Below are positions 37,635 through 48,129 of a stretch of 64,000 bases of DNA, piece by piece. Every line of letters starts with the position of its first letter. The first letter of the stretch is position 1. Under the pieces are notes generated by a model that was given only the letters and a program-made list of their open reading frames with translations, did not search any database and was not told where the DNA came from. Source of the stretch: Lytechinus pictus (Eukaryota); NCBI RefSeq assembly GCF_037042905.1, contig NC_087251.1:14200001-14264000 (forward strand). The letters run 5' to 3'. The position numbers and the translations under genes are program-made.

Positions 37635-39402
37635 TTGTCTCGCCTGCGTAGCGGAGCGAGACATAGGTATCACTATTTCCGGCGTCGGCGTCGGCGTCGT
37701 CGTCGTCAACAATTGTGTTGTACACCTAATAACTTTCTATAGCTTCAAGGTGGGATCACCAAATTCATACCAGATGTCCATCTCCTGAAAGCACAGGTCA
37801 AGTTCGAATATGAGTCGAATTTGAATAAGGTCAAAGGTCAATGAACTTTCCATGACTGGCACTGTGCTATGTTGTACACATAATAACTTTCTATTTCTTC
37901 GAGGTGGGATCACCAAATTCATACCAGAGGTCCATCTCCTGAAGGCACAGGTCAAGTTCGAATATGAGTCGAAATGTGAATAAGGTCAAAGGTCAAAGGT
38001 CAATGAACTTTCCATGACTGGCACTGTGCTGTGTTGTACACACAATAACTTTCGATAGCTTCGAGTTGGGATCGCCAAATTCATACCAGAGGTCCATCTC
38101 CTGAAGGCACAGGTCAAGTTCGAATATTAGTCGAATGTGAATAAGGTCAAAGGTCAATGAAATTTCCATGACTGGCACTGTGCTGTGTTGTACACACAAT
38201 AACTTTCTATAGCTTCGAGTTGGGATCGCCAAATTCATACCAGAGGTCCATCTCCTGAAGGCACAGGTCAAGTTCGAATATTAGTCGAATGTGAATAAGG
38301 TCAAAGGTCAATGAACTTTCCATGACTGGCACTGTGCTGTGTTGTACACACAATAACTTTCTATAGCTTCGAGGTGAGATCGATATATATTTATAACCGA
38401 GGTCCATCTCTTGAAGGTGCAGGTCAAGTTCAAATGTGAGCCGAATTAGAATAAGGTCAAAGGTCAATGAACTTTCCATGACTGGCACTGTGCTGTGCTG
38501 TACACACAATAACTTTCTATATCTTCGAGGTAGGATTGCCAAATTCATACAAGAGGTCCATCTTTTGAAGGTGCAGGTCAAGTTCGAATGTGAGTTGAAT
38601 TTGATTAAGGTCAAAGGTCAATGAACTTTCCATGACTGGCACTGTGCTGTGTTGTACACATGATTACTTTTTATATATTCGAGGTAGGATTGCCAAATTC
38701 ATACAAGAGGTCCATCTCTTGAAGGTGCAGGTCAAGTTCAAATGTGAGTTGAATTTGATTAAGGTCAAAGGTCAATGAACTTTCTATGACTGGCACTGTG
38801 CTATTTTGTACACACAATAACTTTCTATAGCTTCGAGGTGGGATCGCCAAACTCGTAACAGAGGTCCATCTCTTGAAGGTGCAGTTCAGGTTCGAATGTG
38901 AGTTGAATTTGATTAAGGTCAAAGGTCAATGAACTTTCTATGACTGGCACTGTGCTATTTTGTACACACAATAACTTTCTATAGCTTCGAGGTGGGATCG
39001 CCAAACTCGTAACAGAGGTCCATCTCTTGAAGGTGCAGTTCAGGTTCGAATGTGAGTTGAATTTGATTAAGGTCAAAGGTCAATGAACTTTCACACTACT
39101 TTGTTCCTCTAGTGACATAAACTTTATAATTTTATACTTTTTAACACTAACATTTTACTTCAGAACTCAGTACTCTCTATACCTGAATCAGATTTTTTAT
39201 TTTACTTGTTTATTCTTTAAAAACTGTTGTTATTTATTTAATGAGCTATAGTTCTTGGCACCATTTATAATATTCACACAAATTTGCCAATGGTACAATA
39301 GAAAATCTGTCAAAGTTTCTAAAATGTTACCCTTCAGATTTGACATGCAGTCTCTTCATGACTGCAATATGCAGGCGAGACAACGCTTGGCGTTTGCCTT
39401 GT
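37635..39402 (+). mobile_element. Second-family HINE/Helentron-like element with about nine 154-bp tandem units, inserted in LINE ORF2
   Basis: Subterminal IR TGTCTCGCCTGC / GCAGGCGAGACA, 5' hairpin partner GCGAGACA, (GGCGTC)n(GTC)n microsatellite. Inserted in a T-run without TSD, between the LINE codons FNNY and NNGPNL. Confidence 0.88.
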
Positions 39403-40600
39403 TTTAATAATGGTCCAAATTTACAGGCGGCTATTCCACCCTGTCAAAAAACCTGTGCTGACTTCTTGTCTGAGCCTACTTTGAAAAGTCTATTTTTTTT
39501 GCCTACAAGTGAGGAAGAGTTGACTGATGTGGTTAGATCTCTCAAAAGTAAAAAGAGCCCAGGCTGTGATAATATTAAAAATGAATCTTGACACCTCTTA
39601 CTCACATCTTTAATCTTTCAATGTCAAATGGCATTGTGCCTAGAAGCATGAAAATTGCAAAAGTTGTGCCAATTTTTAAGAAAGGCAACCCTGAATTGTT
39701 GACCAATTATCGTCCAATTTTTTTGTTGACATCTTTTTCAAAAATCCTTGAAAAACTCATATATGCAAGTGTCATACAATTCTTAAAAAAGTCAAATATC
39801 TTTTCGAATTTTCAATTTGGGTTTCGCGAGAAGCATACAACTACACATGCCATTTTGCACTTTGTTGATAAGGTTACCACTGCCTTGGATAATTACTTGA
39901 GCACAATTGGTATATTATTGGATTTTTCCAAGGCTTTTGATACAGTTGATCATAAAATGTTGCTACATAAGTTATCCCATTATGGAGTGAGAGGTGTTGC
40001 CCTTGAGTGGTTTAGGAGTTATCTCACTGACAGAAGACAATTTGTATCTTTGAATAGAATTAATTCCAGCTTGCAAACTGTTACATGTGGTGTACCTCAG
40101 GGGTCTCTTCTAGGACCTCTCTTATTCATACTGTATATAAATGATTTTCAAAATTCATTAAACAAATTATCCTTTATTTTTTTTGCTGATGATTCTAGTG
40201 TATTTTTTTCACATAGGAATCCTCTAACCCTGATAGAAACAGTGAATTGTGAATTGAAGAATGTTATCTTCTGGGTTCAAGCCAATAAATTATCACTGAA
40301 TTTTCAAAAGACAAATTATATGCTTTTTAGCAATTCCTTAAAAATGCTGCCTGGCAATGTAATGCTTAATAATGTCTGTCTTGAAAGAGTAACCTCAACT
40401 AAATTTCTTGGGTTATTTATTGATGAGAAATTGAACTGGAAACTTCATGTAAATCATCTCTGCAAACTGTTGTAAAAAAATACCGGTGTTATATACAAGT
40501 TGAGATCAGTTTTCCCTAAAGAAATTTTATTTATATTATATTCCTCATTAATTGTTCCTTACTTAAACTACGGTGTGCTTGCCTGGGGCAACTCACTTAA

Positions 40601-41536
40601 GGACGTTCCACAGTTAAAGTGAAATCCATGTCATTTTCACCAAACTTTGCACATAGATACTTTAGAACCTTAATATTCGAAATATGCAAAAATTAACATA
40701 GGTCCATGTGCTTGATTTTTTGCTATAGAACTTCAAAGTTCACCCAAATTGATGTTCTTAAGAATTGCGCATTCAAAAGAATTTGGCATTTTTAGACCGC
40801 CCAAGATTACTACAATGAGTTTAAACCTGTATTACTCAGTCAAAATACATGGAAAAGTCATCAGATTTCGCAAGAGAGTTAATAATTGTATCGTTAGAAT
40901 GGAGAATATATTTATAGTGATATTTGTTTGCAATTTTAAGTTTAACAGCACTGTCAGTTCTTAAAAATGGCGTAAAAGATAACAAAATCCCAATCTAAAA
41001 AATGTGAAATTTCAGTAACAAACTACAAAAGTACAATAAATGCTGCACTTTATTCAAAATCCATGTCATTTTCACCAAAATTTGTAGAGTTGTAGAGGAA
41101 GGTATACCTAAGAGGAACAAACATTAAACAATAGGGGTTCATGTGCTTGTTTTTAAACTATCAGTATTTTTATTAGAGCAAATGTGCTTTTTAAAACACC
41201 AAAAATGCGCCGAATGCTTTGTATCTATGTGAAGAAAAAATCAAAACCACTCTACCATTTATTCATACTCGGGGTAATTTTCGTGATTCTTGGCAGCACT
41301 GCAGAGGAAAGTATTTTGAAATTGTAGAGAATCTTTTTTTGAATGGTCCATGGAATAATTCCATTTTTTAGCTTCATGAAATAACGCATCAGATCTGCAG
41401 TTAAAGTGCAGAAGATGAGAAAAATCAGCACATACCCGCAGCTAATTAATCACCTGTTCATCCATTGTGACGTCAGCGCGCAGAGTGTAAACTATGCGCA
41501 GATCATAATGCGCACAAACATAACTGTGGAACGTCC
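40601..41536. mobile_element. Kolobok-like non-autonomous element, TTAA TSD
   Basis: Perfect 16-bp TIR GGACGTTCCACAGTTA; TTAA at 40597-40600 and 41537-41540. Removing it restores the LINE frame AWGNSLKMQLQKLYIVQKRAIRSIC. Purine-purine termini favour Kolobok over piggyBac. Confidence 0.88.
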
Positions 41537-44163
41537 TTAAAATGCAATTGCAAAAATTATACATTGTTCAGAAGAGAGCTATTAGAAGTATATGTAATGT
41601 CAGTTATCGTGCCCATACAAATGACAAATACAGTGATTCAACTCGTTTTATTTCATGACAATCACTTATTGAAAGTGGAAGATATTTACTTTATGCAGCT
41701 AGGATCTCTTATGTATGATTTTGATTCAGGAAGTCTCCCTTCAGCCCTGGCACTGATATTCAAGAAAAATAGTCAAGTACACAATTACAATACTAGACAA
41801 TCTTCCACTCTCAATATATCTCGTGCAAGAACAAAGTTCACTTTGGGCACTCTAGTTTGCACTGGACCCAGGTTTTGGAATGCACTTGACCCTGACATTA
41901 CACATGCTGTCAGTTCTACAGTGTTTAAACGAAAATTGAAATCTTATTTACTGAGTAACCATGGAAGTGATTCGTAAAGTCTATTTTTCGTGTGTTATTT
42001 ATCAGTTAATGCTGAATTATCAATACTTAACATCCCCCTTTTCCGGGCCTGACTGGTCTCTGTCCTCATGTCCCCTTTTTTGTCCCTTTTGTACATAAAT
42101 GTGTCCCTCTTCTCTCCCCGCCTCTCTCTTTAGTTATCATATTATATTATATTGCCATTTCTTTGTTGTTTATCCAATTTTCTTTGAATTCGTAATGAGG
42201 AACCTTAATTTACAAGCATTGCTTCACTTAGGTCTCCTCGTCTTCCTTTAAAATTATTTCTTTTCTGTCTTAAGCTGTATAATGTATTTAAAAACAATGT
42301 TTTCTGCATACTTTGTTTTATATATACCTGTATGTTTTATCATGTACTCTGCTCATTGTTTCATACACACTTATATGTTTGTCATGTATTCAAACTCAAA
42401 GTTGGAAGACAAATAAAATGAACTTAAATGAACTTGAACTTAAATGAACTTACTTAGAAAGTTTATAGATCTAGCTCATGAAACATTGACATACGGGTAA
42501 TCAAGTATGAATGATAGTTTTGCACATGCCTTAGGTCACATGATCATGGTCTAAGGTCATTTTGGGTCAATGGACATAATGTTTTATTATCATATTAGTG
42601 TTTTCTTCTGTGAATGATTATTCATTAGCTGTTTTCAAAGGCAGCACTGCTGCTATATCGAATTGCGTAATGCAGGCGAGACTGCCAGAGGCGTTCCACT
42701 TGTTTCCAATTTCATTTTACTTCTTGCAAGACATCAATAAGTAGGTTGAGAAACAATAACGGATATTCCACCCCCCCCCCCGGTCAATCATGACATTAGC
42801 ACTGATCAAGACAGTGTACATCGTGCTATTTACCATCACCGCAATTTATATATATATACGTGGTGACAGACATTTCATATTGGCCAAAATAGTTCCTCAA
42901 TAGCAAACATTCCGACTCAGTTTTCGTTTTGCCTTCCTTTCTTCATTCTTTCTCTTGTTTAACCCATTCTTGAGGCATGCCGTCGACCAAAGAAAAATTT
43001 CAAAGGAAGGCTAGCAATTTGTGCCAAGTCTTTCAATAAATATTTTCATATATTTGGGAAGCCTATGTGTAAGTGTTCTATTGCCATCTGACTATATCTA
43101 TAATGACAACAGTAAACTCATATGAGTGCTGAATAAGCTATGTTTAGCGTTTCTATATAGAATGGCGGGAATTTTTTAACTGAGGTGGACATAATGTTGA
43201 GATCGCATTGTTCTCATTTCTATTGAGTCACACAGTGCACTACATAAGTACATGGATTTGTTTTAAATATTAATTTAAGGTTCTATAATCATATGCACCT
43301 TATTGAACCATGGACCATGTGAAGAATATGTAAACAAGATTTCAAATTGTTACAAGATGTTATCACCTGCTAGAAAAATACATTATTACAAATATTTTAA
43401 TTAGTATCCGTGCAGTCAGGGGTGATAATCATTTTTATAAACCGAAAAAAATATTTGAGACATTTATTCTTTCTCTTCTAACACTCAACTTCAAGACACG
43501 CCTATATTTAATGCTTCATATTCCTTAATTATCATTGCGCCCCTTCCTTTTAAATTTCACTTATCTCTCTATTCTTTGATTCAATGCGACTTGGGCGCTC
43601 TGCAGAGTAGAATGATATATCATATCGTTTATTATTACTATTAGGCCTATCATTATTATAATAATATGCGAGATGCTACCATTTTCGTTAAAATATTTCA
43701 AAGTTATAAATGGTAGGATTATTCAGTAAGAATGTAAAAATATAGTGTTATTTAGATTTTGTTTTCTTCTTTGTAAAATTTTCACAGTCGTCTCATGCAA
43801 GAATGCAAATTGATTTATATACAAACTTCCCTGAAAATCATTTTGAAGATCACGATAGTGAGATAATGGTAAGTGGTAAAATAAAAAAATGTTATTGGGA
43901 AACAGTTATTCGACGAAGATGTATTATGCAAAACAAAGATAAGAAATCTTTTGCAGACAGGTAACTAAATTATAAAAGTACAATAATGGAATAACAACTT
44001 ACAGCAATCCGTAAACCACAAGAAATATAAAAATAGGCCCCCCCCCCAAAAAAAAAAAAAAATAAGGAAGAAGAGAGTTAAGTTGTTATATTTTTATTTT
44101 AGAATTTTTAATCCCACATCTAATATTAAAATTCCTTGAGGTTGCACCTGGGGAAACATGTTT

Positions 44164-45136
44164 AACAAATGCATGGAGCGCCTCTGGTAGTCTCGCCTGC
44201 ATTACGCGATTCAGTATAGCAGCAGTGCTCACTTTAAAAAACTACTATAAAATAATCATTCACGATAAACAGTAACCATTCATATGATGATACACGTTCA
44301 TTTACGCTAAATGACATATGACCTTGATCATGTGACCTAAGACATGTCAGTGATTCTTGATTATCCCTATGTCCATATTTCATAAACTATATATCCATAT
44401 ACTTTAAAAGTTATGGCAATTCAACAATTACCCCTAACATGGCCAAAAGTCATTGACCTTAATTGACATTTGACCTTGGTCATGTTACTTGAAACTAGCA
44501 TGGGATGTTCAGTAATACTTGATTACTTTTATGTCCAAGTTTCACGAACTAGGTCTATATACTTAAATTCAAATTCAATTCAAATTCATTTATTTCACTT
44601 CCATCAAACAAAAACAAATTGTATACCATATATAAAACATAAATATTTGTATCCGTTGCAAACAAAATTAATTATACATATGTAGTGAAAAAAAAAAACA
44701 CTTAGACGATTTGGGCAACACATTGTAGGTTTTAAATATATATACTATTTTTCAATAGAAATTAAATTAAGATGGAAATGGAGGGACCCACTAAAAAGCA
44801 ATGCTTGTACAATGTGGGCCCCTCAAGAAATAGATAACACAACAAATAACAAAATAACAAAGTATAAATACAGATAATCAAATGAGAAAAGAATGAATAA
44901 ATGAGAGGGAAATACTCACAAAATAAATACAAAGTAATAAAAAATAAAAAAATATACAGTTTGGTGAAGGACAAAACAACCCGTCCTAAAAATATCTACC
45001 CTTCCCCCCCCCCCCAGAAAAACTTACTAAGTTATGATGTCATTTCAAAAACTTAACCTTCGGTTAAGATTTCAATGTTCACGCCGCCACCGCCGTTGGA
45101 AAAGCGGCGCCTATAATCTTGCAGGCGAGACAAAAA
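44164..45136 (-). mobile_element. HINE/Tsp-like element interrupted by a LINE 3' fragment (44565-45026)
   Basis: Both ends present (GTCTCGCCTGC at 44190; GCAGGCGAGACAAAAA at 45121). The insert carries the LINE 3' stem-loop and a (GAATTT)n tail. Confidence 0.8.
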
Positions 45137-45162
45137 TTTATATGAAGTCACTATTGTCTTAC

Positions 45163-45357
45163 GTGGTTGTGAGGGTTGAGAAGGATCTCCCGGACTGCAC
45201 ATATCCTGGTAAGCCAATCCATCACCCCCGTGTGAAGTGGTTTCATTCGAACCCCATGAACCAGACATCTTCTGCATCATGGCAACCGGTGGGTTGTAGC
45301 AGAAATGAGGTAAAGCACACAGAATGGTTCCGAGACCTGACAGAGCGAACGCCGTAC
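45163..45357 (-). CDS. SLCO: SLCO exon 3 (GTAFALSGLGTILCALPHF…)
   Basis: OATP TM3 motif G..L.ALPHF. 195 nt, cacag / GTAAGA. Confidence 0.88.
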
Positions 45358-45361
45358 CTGT

Positions 45362-45690
45362 GATAATTATCAGAATGGTGATTTTAATAGCAATAATGAT
45401 GATGCAATAATAAGAATGAAATATAATAACAATGATTATAATCATATTGATAGTAATGAAGATGATGATAATAACAGTAATTGTATCATAAAGCACTATA
45501 TCAATTATATAGGATAATTGTAATGATAATATTTTCAATGATAATAGTAATGATTTCAGTAATAGTATATAGATGAAATATTGGTTGTTATATCAATATT
45601 AGATGATAATACTAATACTATGAATAAGGATGATATTGTAAATAATGATGAAACGGCCATGATGATAATGATAATAACTAAATAACAGTA
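45362..45690. repeat. Degenerate (ATA/ATG)n trinucleotide low-complexity tract
   Basis: Seen directly; produces the poly-Ile extension of ORF 45053..45538. Confidence 0.8.
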
Positions 45691-46033
45691 AACATTTATA
45701 TGGCACTTCTATTTGGTTTTCATGTCTACCCTTTTTCCGCCTACCAAATACCTGAAATATGTGATCGAGGGTGGAATTTGTGAATACTGAAATTGAGACG
45801 CAGAGCATTGCACATGGTTTTTGATGAAGAAGATGTACATGTACAATTGTATAGTTTATTGATAAATTTACAAAGGTTTACATGTAACAGCCATTGACAA
45901 ATTGTGCTAATAGAAGATTTCGAGAGAACAAAACCTTACTGATACACTTTAATAACTGAAAAACTTTTTCATATATAGGTTTGATTGACAATTCGATTTA
46001 TAATCGTATTTTGGTAGGGAAAAATAGGCTCTA

Positions 46034-47006
46034 CAGTGCGCATCAAAAAAAGTTTACACTTTGAAAAAGCCCTGGGAATTAAAATATACAACATGTAGGT
46101 AATTTGTTCACATACAATCTTGGGTTTGGATCTCATCTATCCAATGAAAATACAAGTTTTGACACTTGAGTGAGCACTGTCCCTTTTTGTAAAGCTCGCA
46201 GAAATCTGTTTGCGCAGAAACGCTCGTTTTCACGCTGTGTCAAGGGGAAAAGGCGAAATCAAAGTTACCCTGCGAGACATTTCTCATACATTTCCCATTG
46301 CACTTTTTGTCAATTTTGTAATAAATGGATACATTCAAGCATTTTGTAACAATTTTGCCACCCAAATTGATATTTCAACACTTAGTAAGCACAACCTTTA
46401 CCCTTTTGTGCCAGCTGGATCTGAGGACATAACTAAGTCTGAACAAAAGTTTTTATCAGACATCTCCAGCATTTTTTCACTAAGTTTTTATCATTTAAAG
46501 TGGGTTTACATTTCATTTTTCATTAAATACTTGTTTCTCCATACTTTTTCCAAGCTTGACAATGATTAACAAAATGAAAATCAAGCCTAAGTCATTTCAT
46601 GTAAATCACAGCTCAGTGTAAAGCAAATATCGTCACGATGGCCTCGGTGTGTGGGGGAGTGGGTTGGGGCGCAATGCACTCTTCGAAGTGTTTTGGGCAA
46701 GGAAACAAGTTAAAAAGGTAAAATATATCTTCAAATCAACTTTACTAGCTAAATTTAACGTGTTCTTCATGATTAAGGTCTACTTTTATTCACATAACTA
46801 TTTCAAAGTTCTGCGCAAATCATTTTCACTAACTTTTCAAAAGTAAGTGGTGCTCACTCAAACGGGAATATTTTTCGACAGTTACATCGTCATTTGCTTA
46901 AATAGATCTGTACCAATGTTAGAATGTGGAAAAATCTTCAGGATATTACAAATGTATAATTTTACAGGATTTTTTTCTAAGTGTAAATTTTTTTTGATAC
47001 GCACTG
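46034..47006. mobile_element. Tc1/mariner-like non-autonomous element
   Basis: TA|CAGTGCGCATCAAAAAAAGTTTACACTT ... AAGTGTAAATTTTTTTTGATACGCACTG|TA. Confidence 0.85.
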
Positions 47007-47185
47007 TATAAGAAAAATAATTGATTTTATTTTATAGAAACCCCGCTCAGTGTGACATTGGGTACGGTTTAACATGTTAGGGTTATCACTGGGCAGGAAT
47101 TTTCTTTTTCTCTCATGATGGTTTAATTTGTCTTGTATTTAATCCATACTTAATCCTAGTGTTTTTTCAATCGCGGACTTCTTAC

Positions 47186-47437
47186 CAACGATCCTCGGGC
47201 GATGCCGTGAATGACCAAAGTGCGTGACGAAGAGGATCGAAAGCATGCCGGCGACATCGTTGATGATGGTAATCGCCCCAGACTCGGAACTCTTTAGTTG
47301 AAATCGTTGCTCAATTGTACTGAGAGATGCGCTCACATACCCACCAATGGATGAGATATACATTACATTAGCAATGCATGTCATGGTCACGTAGACCCAG
47401 GGATTGAAGAATGGGTGATGTTGTATCTCAATTTCAT
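47186..47437 (-). CDS. SLCO: SLCO exon 2 (…GYVSASLSTIEQRFQLKSSESGAI…FVTHFGHSRHRPRIV)
   Basis: OATP TM1-TM2 motifs (STIE.RF..S...G; FV..FG...HRPR). 252 nt, ctccag / GTAAGA. Confidence 0.92.
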
Positions 47438-48020
47438 CTGGAGATAAAATGTAATGTAATGTTTATTCGGTAAATCCTGCATAAGCTTCGACGAAGGTTC
47501 AATAATGTGAATCATGAAATTGAAGTATATCATCTAATCAAAATAACCAAAGTAAATGTTTATATAAATTCGCAAAATACACCGATAAAACAATTGGTTG
47601 TTCCATATTATCTCCACAATAACTTCAAAAAGACAATAATTAAATTATTTGCCTATTTGTGAAGCAAAATCTTGTTTCATCATGACTTAAAAAAATGATA
47701 GGCCTACCATTTGGAATTTCAAACACTCGGTAATCTGACGGAAATAAACCAAATTTTTTTATGTATCCAAATATTTCATGCTAAATGTTTAAGATATTTT
47801 TTAGATATATATATATGACTAAAATAATATTTTCCAATGTTTTTTTTCTTTTCAAGTTTAGTGGAAGGGACATGTAGTCTTGCCTTGTCGGCACCAACAT
47901 TTCGAATATGAAAAAGAAAACGCCTATGTATATGAGAATCGTTTGTTAATGAAAATAACCGTATATATGTATATAATCTTAAATTTTAAGTTGATAATCA
48001 AAATGAATGTTATACATTAC

Positions 48021-48129
48021 CGTTTTCACTTTTATCTGTTCCGTCACTTTTTAATCTAACAGGTGATCCTTGTGGAGTATGTCCTCGACCCTTCTCTAGA
48101 GAAAGGGTGTACTCATCTATTTCCTGCAT
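48021..48129 (-). CDS. SLCO: SLCO/OATP coding exon 1 (MQEIDEYTLSLEKGRGHTPQGSPVRLKSDGTDKSEN)
   Basis: Open frame from ATG 48129 to a phase-1 donor GTAATG that joins exon 2 in frame. Low-conservation N-terminus, so no motif support. Confidence 0.65.

Larger units (their letters stand above)
36125..42451 (+). mobile_element. L2/CR1-group LINE with nearly complete but disrupted ORF2 (APE + RT), antisense within SLCO intron 3
   Basis: APE motifs GVSETW, GGGVAIYV, IYRPP, MGDFNINLL, SDHFP; RT motifs NYRPI, QFGFR, DFSKAFD, GVPQGSLLGPLLF, FADD. Frameshifts, a stop and two insertions; (AAATGAACTT)n tail. Confidence 0.93.
35311..42704 (+). mobile_element. HINE/Tsp-like element split by a 6.3-kb LINE (own sequence 35311-36124 and 42452-42704)
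   Basis: 5' TTTTTGTCTC...GCGAGAC plus a GAC/GGC-rich tract; 190/163/163-bp units; the unit resumes at 42452; 3' GCAGGCGAGACTGCCAGAGGCGTTCCACTTGTT. Confidence 0.85.

Noticed and set aside
37715..39092. CRISPR-like array or repeat-protein ORFs (37737..39076, minus)
   Set aside because: Whole 154-bp units are repeated with no unique spacers and no cas genes. The unit length is not a multiple of 3, so the ORFs are by-products of the satellite.
40601..41536. piggyBac assignment for the TTAA elements
   Set aside because: Termini are GG/AG rather than the CCY typical of piggyBac; Kolobok-like fits better. No transposase is present to confirm.
36347..41977. Host endonuclease/RT gene, or retron/DGR-like system
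   Set aside because: APE+RT layout, 3' tail, frameshifts, a stop codon and nested insertions mark it as a dead non-LTR retrotransposon.
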